The translations under genes and the position numbers were made by a program. A stretch of 25,018 nucleotides of DNA from Saprospiraceae bacterium (GTDB taxonomy: Bacteria; Bacteroidota; Bacteroidia; Chitinophagales; Saprospiraceae). This document shows positions 1-7,880 of the stretch, in pieces. The notes beneath the pieces are model-generated. The model searched no databases. It saw nothing but the letters and a program-made list of their open reading frames with translations, and was not told the DNA's origin. Position 1 is the stretch's first letter. Each line of letters opens with the position of its first letter. The stretch covers positions 1 through 25,018 of the forward strand of contig JANMVA010000008.1 in NCBI GenBank assembly GCA_031392195.1. Reading direction: 5' to 3'.

Positions 1-2
1 TT

Positions 3-119
3 GTCCGCATGGAAGATCTTGCAGGATTGTGGGAAGACAGGGTACTCTACCAGGCTGATTTCTATCCGCATTATCCCGCCTATCTTAGGTTTGGCTTTAC
101 AGCCGGTTTCTTTAATTGA
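3..119 (+). CDS. 3' end of a CDS entering from the left edge (frame 3), unknown product
   Basis: Frame 3 is open from the window start: VRMEDLAGLWEDRVLYQADFYPHYPAYLRFGFTAGFFN, with TGA at 117-119, 7 nt before the convergent SRPBCC stop. The aromatic-rich alternating C-terminus could be a final beta-strand. Not in the ORF track. Confidence 0.4.
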   Translation, partial: VRMEDLAGLWEDRVLYQADFYPHYPAYLRFGFTAGFFN

Positions 120-126
120 TCTTTCG

Positions 127-564
127 CTAGGCAGCCGACTCAGAACGTTCCTTCAATTGTTGATTCATCAATTCAAATCCCGCTCTCGTCTTTTGATGCA
201 TACTCTTCCATAACAATGCAACGAGAATACCTGAGAAATTTTCCTTTTGTATAAGTAAAGTTTGTTCGTCATTGATGGGTTGCAGGATGAAAAAATGTTC
301 TCCATCGAACAGACCATTCATTAAAACTTTTCCTTTCCACTGTAAATGTTTTCCTGTGATCAGTTTTGTACAGGTCGGAGAGAACTTCATTTCCTTTCCT
401 CCAGGTGGTTGAATCGTGACCTTCAGGATTGATCCTTCATTCACAGCACCTTCAATAGAGACAATGAAACTATTCCACTCCGGGTAGTGATCGAAATCAA
501 TGAGGTGAGACCACACAATATGGCCAGGTGCATCTATCACGATGTTGGTATCAATAGTTTTCAT
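127..564 (-). CDS. SRPBCC/START-like domain protein (polyketide cyclase/dehydrase-like)
   Basis: MKTIDTNIVIDAPGHIVWSHLIDFDHYPEWNSFI is the typical SRPBCC N-terminus (I.I.AP...VW..L.DF..YPEWNPF); also FDGEHFF and Q.E.FSG.L, ending GFELMNQQLKERSE. ATG at 564 preferred over the upstream start at 594. Confidence 0.85.
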   Translation of the reverse strand: MKTIDTNIVIDAPGHIVWSHLIDFDHYPEWNSFIVSIEGAVNEGSILKVTIQPPGGKEMKFSPTCTKLITGKHLQWKGKVLMNGLFDGEHFFILQPINDEQTLLIQKENFSGILVALLWKSMHQKTRAGFELMNQQLKERSESAA

Positions 565-761
565 CGAGCTCCCTTCTTTTCGGTTTGTTATCAAGAGTAA
601 AATAACCAGTTAATGAATTTTGAGCCATCATTATATGGGTTTATTGGAAACAAGGAACTGAAAGATAGGCTTTTAGCCGGTGCCGTTAATGATTGGTGAA
701 GACCCCCCAGAATGCTCCTCGTTATCTATGAAATCATTAATTTTAAACTCTAAATTTCATC

Positions 762-1286
762 ATGATGAAGCTCAATTTCATTTCCTTATTTACAGGATTA
801 TTCCTGCTTTCGATTTCCAGTCTTGCATTTGCTCAGGATGACAAATCAAAGCGTCCAAGCCCACCCGCTGAGGCTAAGGGCATCATCGATTCTTCCAATG
901 TTACCATTTATTATTCTTCCCCTGCTGTAAAAGGAAGGCAGATATGGGGTAGCCTGGTTCCTTATGGTAAGGTATGGCGCACCGGCGCTAATGAAGCCAC
1001 CGTGTTTGAAATTGATAAGGCAATAATTCTGAATGGACATACTTTATCCCCGGGCAAGTACGCCCTGTTTACTATACCCGGTGAGAATGAATGGAGTTTT
1101 ATCCTGAATTCAGAGTGGGATCAGTGGGGCGCATTTAAATATGATAAATCGAAAGATGTGCTCAAGTTCACTGCCACTCCGGAAGAGTCTTCGATTTTCA
1201 ACGAACGACTCCGTTTTGATATAATGGACCACCAGGTCACATTATACTGGGAGAACAAAAAAGTGGGCTTTACATTGGGGGAATAA
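762..1286 (+). CDS. DUF2911 family secreted protein (paralog 1)
   Basis: Signal peptide (..SLAFA/QDD), then RPSPPA, YSSPAVKGRQIWGSLVPYGKVWRTGANEAT, GKYALFTIPGENEW and QWGAFKYD..KDVL, which are DUF2911 motifs. Confidence 0.88.
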   Translation: MMKLNFISLFTGLFLLSISSLAFAQDDKSKRPSPPAEAKGIIDSSNVTIYYSSPAVKGRQIWGSLVPYGKVWRTGANEATVFEIDKAIILNGHTLSPGKYALFTIPGENEWSFILNSEWDQWGAFKYDKSKDVLKFTATPEESSIFNERLRFDIMDHQVTLYWENKKVGFTLGE

Positions 1287-1349
1287 GATCAATTGCTTTC
1301 GAAACTCCTGTTTAACTTTAACCTTATTCATCATATCGAACTTAGTATC

Positions 1350-1862
1350 ATGAAATACTTAACCTGCATCATCTTTTTTAGTTTATTTCTTGTGCCCATT
1401 ACGAATGCCCAGATCGAATTTGCCAATCGTCCAAGCCCACCTGCTAAAGTAAATGCAGCGATCCTCAATGGCGCAACGATCAGTCTATCCTATTCTTCTC
1501 CCGCTGTAAATGGAAGGACGATCTGGGGTAGTCTGGTGCCGTACAACCAGGTTTGGAGAACAGGTGCGAATGAAGCCAACATATTCGAGACAGACAAAGA
1601 CATTCTTGTCAATGGCCAAAAGCTCCCTGCAGGAAAATATAGTTTGTTTACTATTCCCGGCGAGAAAGAATGGATTGTCGTTTTTAACAAGGAATGGAAT
1701 CAGTGGGGAACAATGAAATACAATTCATCTGATGATGTTCTGAGAGTGACAACACCACCTCAAAAATCAATGCAGCTCAATGAAAGATTGAAATTTACGC
1801 TGGAAGACAGTGTGCTTTCATTGCTATGGGAAAACCTCCAGATAAATCTCTTGCTTCAGTAA
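1350..1862 (+). CDS. DUF2911 family secreted protein (paralog 2)
   Basis: Same motifs (RPSPPA, YSSPAVNGRTIWGSLVPYNQVWRTGANEAN, GKYSLFTIPGEKEW, QWGTMKY). Signal peptide begins at ATG 1350 (MKYLTCIIFF...TNA/Q), so 1350 is preferred over 1293. Confidence 0.88.
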   Translation: MKYLTCIIFFSLFLVPITNAQIEFANRPSPPAKVNAAILNGATISLSYSSPAVNGRTIWGSLVPYNQVWRTGANEANIFETDKDILVNGQKLPAGKYSLFTIPGEKEWIVVFNKEWNQWGTMKYNSSDDVLRVTTPPQKSMQLNERLKFTLEDSVLSLLWENLQINLLLQ

Positions 1863-1867
1863 ATTTT

Positions 1868-2599
1868 CTAAAGATTGTAATTCGGGATTAGCTGATGATC
1901 TCTTTCAGCATAGTATTTATTGATATAGCTCACGACCTCATCCGGATCATCAATGATTGGCATCAGGTCTAAATCTTCAGGATTGATATTCCTTTCTTGC
2001 TCGAGCATCACTTTAACCACCCATTCTTTCATGCCAGTCCAAAAAGAACTGCCTACAAGAATTACCGGTACAGGTGTAATCCTTTTTGTCTGAATCAACG
2101 TCAACACTTCGAACATCTCATCTAATGTTCCAAAGCCACCCGGTAATACAACAAAGGCCTGAGCGTATTTCACAAACATGACTTTCCGGACGAAGAAATA
2201 ACGATGGTTCAAATTCTTATCATCGTCGATATATACATTGTGAGATTGCTCAAATGGTAGGTTGATATTCAGGCCGACAGACACACCTCCCTGTAAGCTC
2301 GCACCTTTATTGGCTGCTTCCATTATTCCAGGGCCTCCGCCAGTGATAATTCCAAAACCGGAATCAGTAAGTTTCTGTGCAATTTTGACTGCCGTCTGGT
2401 AATGAGGGTTATCCGCTTTAGTGCGTGCACTCCCAAAAATCGATATGCAGGGCCCAATCCGGTTGAGGGATTCAAATCCATCAACAAATTCTGCAATTAC
2501 TTTGAACATAGTCCAGGCGTTTTCGCCTTTGATCTGTGTCCACTGTTTCATCAACTTCGCGGGCGGGGGAGTAAATCCTTCTGGCATAGATTTATACAT
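1868..2599 (-). CDS. LOG family protein (TIGR00730-type Rossmann fold; nucleotide phosphoribohydrolase-like)
   Basis: SIFGSAR, ITGGGPGIMEAANKGA, SVGLNI.LPFEQ, YFFVRKVMFVKYAQAFVVLPGGFGTLDE (PGGxGTxxE motif). Confidence 0.92.
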   Translation of the reverse strand: MYKSMPEGFTPPPAKLMKQWTQIKGENAWTMFKVIAEFVDGFESLNRIGPCISIFGSARTKADNPHYQTAVKIAQKLTDSGFGIITGGGPGIMEAANKGASLQGGVSVGLNINLPFEQSHNVYIDDDKNLNHRYFFVRKVMFVKYAQAFVVLPGGFGTLDEMFEVLTLIQTKRITPVPVILVGSSFWTGMKEWVVKVMLEQERNINPEDLDLMPIIDDPDEVVSYINKYYAERDHQLIPNYNL

Positions 2600-2648
2600 T
2601 TTGTGGTATGATCACCTGGCGCATATCACAATCTGAAAATGAACCAAG

Positions 2649-3929
2649 TTAATCGATAGACGCCTGGTAATTGGCGAATTCCTGTTCGATATAACGTTGA
2701 AGATCTTTCAAATCGCTGAACCTGGAGAGAACTTCTCTCATTTCAACAATGGATTGAGCCGTCGGTAAAACAAATCGATCAATATCCTGTGCGGAGATTG
2801 ATTTTCCACCTAATATAATCAATCGTTCAACCACATTTTTAAGCTCCCTGATATTGCCAGTCCATGGGAGTGATTGAAGTTTTTTAATGGCCTTGCTGTC
2901 AAATGATTTTTCGGGAATGCCGTAGTCCTTGCAAATCTCGGTGCAGAAATGAATGATCAATTGTGGAATGTCTTCAATCCTGTCTTTCAATGGCGGGACA
3001 TCGATAATGATCACAGCGAGCCGATGATATAAGTCTTCCCTGAAGCGACCGGCATCGATTAGCTTGCGCAGGTCTTTATTCGTTGCTGCGATCACCCTGA
3101 CATCAACCCTGATTTGTTTTTCACCTCCGACCCTGACAATTTTGTTTTCCTGTAATGCTCTGAGGACTTTAGCCTGTGCAGATAAGCTCATGTCCCCAAT
3201 TTCATCGAGAAATATGGTGCCGCCGTTTGCCAGCTCAAATTTCCCTGTGCGCAGTTTGATGGCTGAAGTAAAAGCACCTTTTTCATGACCAAATAATTCA
3301 CTTTCGATCAGCTCAGAAGGAATGGCAGCACAATTGACTTCAATTAAGGGATAATCATGACGGTTACTCTTTTGATGGATCCAATGAGCAACAAGTTCTT
3401 TTCCTGTACCATTTTGCCCTGTGATTAGTACACGGGCTTCGGTAGGAGCTACTAGTTCAATTGTAGACATGATCTGGCCTATGCATTTTGATTGGCCGAC
3501 AATGGGTTGGGCTCGGGTGCTTGAGACTTTATTTTGCAGGACTTTACGCTCCGATATCAGCTCGGATTTATCCATGGCATTCCGTAACGTGATCAGGAGA
3601 CGATTCAGATCTGGCGGTTTAGAGATGAAGTCGAAAGCACCTTTTTTAACAGCTTCAACCGCGGTATCGATAGAAGCATGGCCGGATATCATGACCACGG
3701 GAGTCTCCCTGGCTAGCTCCTGAATTTTATCCAGTGCATCCATGCCGTCCATTTTAGGCATTTTGATATCCAGAATGATGACGTCATATGGATTCTGCTT
3801 GACTTTGACCAGGCATTCCATTCCGTCGGCCGCTTCATCCACTTCATATTTCTCAAATTCAAGAATATCCCTGAGGGTATGTCGAATACTTCTTTCGTCG
3901 TCTACGATCAATACTTTAGACATTGCCAT
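2649..3929 (-). CDS. NtrC/NtrX-like sigma54-type response regulator (REC + AAA+), no recognisable C-terminal HTH
   Basis: Receiver domain (LIVDDE, phospho-Asp in ILDIKMP, K in FISKP). AAA+ domain with Walker A GQNGTGKE, ESELFGHEKGAFTSA, Walker B FLDEIG, FREDLYHRL and WTGNIRELKNVVER. Start at 3929 or 3923. Confidence 0.93.
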   Translation of the reverse strand: MAMSKVLIVDDERSIRHTLRDILEFEKYEVDEAADGMECLVKVKQNPYDVIILDIKMPKMDGMDALDKIQELARETPVVMISGHASIDTAVEAVKKGAFDFISKPPDLNRLLITLRNAMDKSELISERKVLQNKVSSTRAQPIVGQSKCIGQIMSTIELVAPTEARVLITGQNGTGKELVAHWIHQKSNRHDYPLIEVNCAAIPSELIESELFGHEKGAFTSAIKLRTGKFELANGGTIFLDEIGDMSLSAQAKVLRALQENKIVRVGGEKQIRVDVRVIAATNKDLRKLIDAGRFREDLYHRLAVIIIDVPPLKDRIEDIPQLIIHFCTEICKDYGIPEKSFDSKAIKKLQSLPWTGNIRELKNVVERLIILGGKSISAQDIDRFVLPTAQSIVEMREVLSRFSDLKDLQRYIEQEFANYQASID

Positions 3930-3965
3930 AGTTTTAGTCTTGTTTATCAGATTAAAAGATATAAT

Positions 3966-3973
3966 CAAAAGTA
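3966..3973 (-). promoter_or_regulatory. Bacteroidota primary-sigma -7 element (TACTTTTG) upstream of the regulator gene
   Basis: Exact TAnnTTTG on the minus strand, 36 nt upstream of ATG 3929, in an AT-rich intergenic region. No clear -33 element. Confidence 0.5.
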
Positions 3974-4074
3974 TAACATTGATTAGAAATAGTTTATAAT
4001 TTATAAAAAATAATATATGTTAAAAGATGAAAGCCCAGCAGGCCATTGGTTCATTCATGAAAAGAAGAGAGGGC

Positions 4075-5259
4075 TTAGCGCAGGGTTAGATAGGACATGA
4101 GGCCCATTCCGGTCTCAAGAGCTCTGTCATTGATATCAAATCGGTTGGAATGAACAGGGAAATCGCGTGCCGGATCTTTCCATCCTGTACCCAGGCGATA
4201 AAAAGTACCTGGTATTTCATGCGTATAAAAGGCAAAGTCCTCGGAAGTCATTCGCTGCGGAAGTTCATGCACATTTTCCTCACCTAGATATTCTATGGCT
4301 GCATTTCTGCAAAACTCCGTGACTTTTGGATCATTGGTCAGGCTGGGATAACCTTTGACAATATTTATTTCCGCAGTTGCACCACTGGCCTTGCATGTTG
4401 ATTCAATTAATTCCCTGATCATTTCATGCGCGGTAAGACGCCATGTCTCATCCATTGCTCTCAATGTTCCCTCCATGAAAACTTTTTCAGGAATAACATT
4501 AGTTGCACCTCCGTCAGAATAGATCCGCCCAATGCTTAAAACGGCAGAAGACATGGGATTAACTCGCCTGCTGATGATTTCTTGCAGGGCGGTTATAACT
4601 TTCGATGATACGAGAATCGGATCGATGCACAGATGTGGAGTAGCGCCATGTCCGCCTTTTCCTTTGATGGTAATATATAATTCATCAGAAGATGCCATAT
4701 ACAGTCCCTCTCTGAATCCAACTTGTCCGGCAGGAAGTGACGGATAAACATGCTGGCCAACGATCCAGGCTGGAGTTTGATTTTTGAATAGACCTTCACT
4801 GATCATCATCGATGCACCCCCCGGAAGTTTTTCTTCACCTGGCTGGAATACAAATCTCACTTCTCCTTTTAAATGATTCTTAAGTTTTTGCACAATCGCT
4901 GCCGCACCCAGTAAAGAGCTGGAATGCACATCATGACCACAAGCATGCATGATACCTTCATTTTTTGAGCGATATGGAATATCGTTCATCTCTTTTATAG
5001 GAAGCGCATCCATATCTGCACGTAACATTTTCAACGGGCCATCCTCATTTCCTTTAATGCTGGCGATAACGCCAAAACCAGCCCATCCGTCGGTGAAACT
5101 TATGTTATGTCGTGTCAGAAAATTTTTGATCCTGCCCGAAGTTTCTTTTTCCTCAAAAGAAAGTTCAGGATGTTGATGGAGTTCGTGCCGGATTTCAGTG
5201 ATGTCCTGAAATAATTCAAGTGAAAGATCTTTTACGCTGCTTGCAATATTATTTAGCAT
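4075..5259 (-). CDS. M20D family amidohydrolase (N-acyl-amino acid/hippurate hydrolase-like)
   Basis: LHQHPELSFEE, LRADMDALP, MHACGHDVH, FQPGEE, GGHGA.PH, SEDF and HS..F motifs. ATG 5259 overlaps the GT2 stop by 11 nt. Confidence 0.92.
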   Translation of the reverse strand: MLNNIASSVKDLSLELFQDITEIRHELHQHPELSFEEKETSGRIKNFLTRHNISFTDGWAGFGVIASIKGNEDGPLKMLRADMDALPIKEMNDIPYRSKNEGIMHACGHDVHSSSLLGAAAIVQKLKNHLKGEVRFVFQPGEEKLPGGASMMISEGLFKNQTPAWIVGQHVYPSLPAGQVGFREGLYMASSDELYITIKGKGGHGATPHLCIDPILVSSKVITALQEIISRRVNPMSSAVLSIGRIYSDGGATNVIPEKVFMEGTLRAMDETWRLTAHEMIRELIESTCKASGATAEINIVKGYPSLTNDPKVTEFCRNAAIEYLGEENVHELPQRMTSEDFAFYTHEIPGTFYRLGTGWKDPARDFPVHSNRFDINDRALETGMGLMSYLTLR

Positions 5260-7219
5260 AGGGGAGGGGCTTTTGTCCGATTCGACGCCATTGTGCACTA
5301 AGAATGGCCAGGTCGGTCGTCCAGTGATAATCTCTCGCATATACATAGTGAATATGCTCTAATCGTTTCGTCGGCTTCAATTCGTCTTCAGGGTAGGCGG
5401 GACTTAGTATGCCGGGTTTAATAAAAGGTAATGACTTGATAAGGTTGTCTGACGGATGATATGATACCCATGTTCTTTTGCCTGTGATCAATTGAATGAT
5501 ATTCCTGAACAAAGATCGATTGGGATGAATGCTCAGGAAAAGTATAGGAGATATAAAGATCATGATAAAGGAAGATGCCAGATCAAATAATCTCTTGGCT
5601 CTCAATGAAGAAGGATGTGCCAGTTTGAAATCGATCCGGATAGCATATGACTCCCCTTCAGTTTCACTACTCATGCTGCCGACAATATTCATACTCGTAG
5701 CTGCTGCAAGCATGTAGCGCATGCCTGGTCCGAGAAGCGTCATGCTGCTCGTAAATGTAGAAAAAGGAACATCATGTGCAGAGAAAATAATTTCTTTTAC
5801 ATTATGTACCCGGACGATTTCCGCCAGTTGATTTAATTGTCCAATATATTGAGCATCAACGGAAGAAGCATCTGCTTCGGGTGACACCGTGCCCGTTATT
5901 TCAATCAGATCCCGTGAACGATTGATGAGTTCACGTATGCGAATGGCTTCATCGAGTTTGGCTACAATAATTGCTTTCCTGGGTTCATGATGCAATAATT
6001 CACGGGAGGATACATTCCATGGTGGTAGTTTCCAGCGCGATAAAACCATGAATACCAAATATAAAAATGATCCAAGCAAAATGACCATTCGTGAGGTCCG
6101 CATGTGAGTTGGCAACATCGCATAGATGACCAGGATACCAATGATGGACCACCCCAATCCCAGCCATGAACTTTTCTTGCTATAGGGCTTGTCATATGCT
6201 CCATTTAAGAAAAATGAAACAATAGCTATCAATGTGTAAAGCGGAATATTGATGTTATAGAATGATGCCTTGAAATAACCGGGTGAATGATAAAAATAAT
6301 TAGCCCATAAGCGACTAACAACATAGAACGATCCTGATAATAACAGGGCGTCAAGAAGAACAGGCCAGATTCTGATAGCAAACTGATGAATCAATTGCAC
6401 TAAGCCATGCAAATAAATAGCCACCCGGATCAACGATTGCTGACCCTTAAATTCAGGATGCTTCTTCGTAAAAATGAGCATGGCTTCATAAAAAGTCAGA
6501 ATATAATTGATCGTTGACTTTCGTGTTGACTCACCTTTATAGTGAATGATGGTTGTCGATGGTAAATAATAAACAGGATGACCTGACTGTGTGATCCTGT
6601 AGGACAAATCAATGTCTTCTCCATACATAAAAAAATCCTCATCGAGAAAGCCTGTTTGATCGAGGATGCTTTTACGCATAAACATGAATGCACCACACAG
6701 AACTTCGATGGGTGCAGTCTGGTATTCTTTTACATGCCCCTGGTAGTATCTGTTTAAAGTGGCTGAGGTTGAAAATATCCGGTACAAGCCTGTCATTTTC
6801 ATAAATGATGCCACTAATGTGGGCAATCCTCTTTTTGATTCCGGCAGAAATCTTCCGCTGCCATCAATCATCCGGACACCAACTGCACCTGCTTCGATAT
6901 GTGTGTCCATAAAATTCAAACATTCACTGAAAGTATTTTCGGATACGATCGTGTCCGGATTGAGCAAGACCACATATTTCCCCTGGCTGATCCTGAGTGC
7001 GAGATTATTCGCTTTTGCAAAACCCAGGTTATCCGGATTGGCGATGACTTTCACTTCCGGAAAATGTTCGTGTAAAAGTTGAGGTGTCCGGTCTACGGAA
7101 GCATTATCGACTACGATGATCTCACCATCAATACCCTGCATGGCCTGGCCTACAGATCGAAGACAGTTATCAAGAAATGGATAAACGTTATAGCTGACGA
7201 TGATTACCGAAAGTCTCAA
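5249..7219 (-). CDS. GT2 glycosyltransferase fused to a multi-pass TM region, a Rossmann/CoA-binding-like domain and a degenerate sugar-phosphate transferase (Bac_transf-like) domain
   Basis: N-terminal GT2 (LSVIIVSYN, VVDNASVD, NLGFAKANN, LLNPDT, GAFMF, FDED-like LDEDFFMYGEDIDLS, HYKGES); about 4-5 hydrophobic segments; then KRLFDLASS..., KPGI and Y..DY....DL.IL. TTG start. Confidence 0.85.
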   Translation of the reverse strand: MRLSVIIVSYNVYPFLDNCLRSVGQAMQGIDGEIIVVDNASVDRTPQLLHEHFPEVKVIANPDNLGFAKANNLALRISQGKYVVLLNPDTIVSENTFSECLNFMDTHIEAGAVGVRMIDGSGRFLPESKRGLPTLVASFMKMTGLYRIFSTSATLNRYYQGHVKEYQTAPIEVLCGAFMFMRKSILDQTGFLDEDFFMYGEDIDLSYRITQSGHPVYYLPSTTIIHYKGESTRKSTINYILTFYEAMLIFTKKHPEFKGQQSLIRVAIYLHGLVQLIHQFAIRIWPVLLDALLLSGSFYVVSRLWANYFYHSPGYFKASFYNINIPLYTLIAIVSFFLNGAYDKPYSKKSSWLGLGWSIIGILVIYAMLPTHMRTSRMVILLGSFLYLVFMVLSRWKLPPWNVSSRELLHHEPRKAIIVAKLDEAIRIRELINRSRDLIEITGTVSPEADASSVDAQYIGQLNQLAEIVRVHNVKEIIFSAHDVPFSTFTSSMTLLGPGMRYMLAAATSMNIVGSMSSETEGESYAIRIDFKLAHPSSLRAKRLFDLASSFIMIFISPILFLSIHPNRSLFRNIIQLITGKRTWVSYHPSDNLIKSLPFIKPGILSPAYPEDELKPTKRLEHIHYVYARDYHWTTDLAILSAQWRRIGQKPLPYAK

Positions 7220-7231
7220 CAGGATATGAGG

Positions 7232-7852
7232 TTAAACACTTTCACTCATTTCAATATTTGTACGTGCCATGATGGATCGACCTAACGTCACACCATCTGC
7301 ATATTCCAACTCACCTCCAAATGCAACGCCTCTTGCGATCACACTAATCCGGACATTAAAATCTTTGAGCAATTTTGTCAGATAGAAGATAGTGGTCTCC
7401 CCTTCTATGGTTGGGCTGATTGCCATGATCAATTCAGCGACTTCGTGTTGTCTGATTCGCTCAAGCAGGCTGTGGATCTGCAGATCCTGCGGACCAACTC
7501 CATCAATCGGCGAAATAATTCCGCCAAGCACATGATAGAGCCCATGATATTGTCCCGTATCTTCTATCGCCATAACATCTCGTTCAGATTCCACAACACA
7601 GATCGTGTTTTTTTGTCTTGAATGATCAGTGCAAATGGCGCATGCTTCCGTATCCGCGAGGTTATGACACGTTTTACAATGTTGAATATTGTTTCGCATT
7701 CCGAGCAGGCTCTCAACCAGTTCAGGAAGTAACTGATCTTTATGCTTGAGCAGGTAAAGAGCAATCCGAAGTGCACTTTTTCTTCCAATACCTGGTAATT
7801 GGCCAATGGTCCGGATAGCAAGTTCAAGATGACGAGATGAATACTGAGACAT
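7232..7852 (-). CDS. recR: Recombination mediator RecR
   Basis: HhH LPGIGRKSALR, C4 zinc finger CKTCHNLADTEACAIC, ICVVE, YHVLGG.ISPIDGVGP, Toprim ELIMA.SPTIEGETT, IARG...GGELEYAD..TL.RS. Confidence 0.97.
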   Translation of the reverse strand: MSQYSSRHLELAIRTIGQLPGIGRKSALRIALYLLKHKDQLLPELVESLLGMRNNIQHCKTCHNLADTEACAICTDHSRQKNTICVVESERDVMAIEDTGQYHGLYHVLGGIISPIDGVGPQDLQIHSLLERIRQHEVAELIMAISPTIEGETTIFYLTKLLKDFNVRISVIARGVAFGGELEYADGVTLGRSIMARTNIEMSESV

Positions 7853-7880
7853 ATGATTCTATTGACACCGTAGCTATTGG

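Noticed and set aside
1-213. 70-aa frame-1 ORF from the track
   Set aside because: Overlaps the SRPBCC 3' end antisense and has no recognisable motifs; the frame-3 ORF ending at 119 fits the gene layout better.
4030-4076. AAGCCC...GGGCTT inverted repeat after the M20 gene
   Set aside because: Only 6 bp with a ~35-nt loop; too weak to call a terminator.
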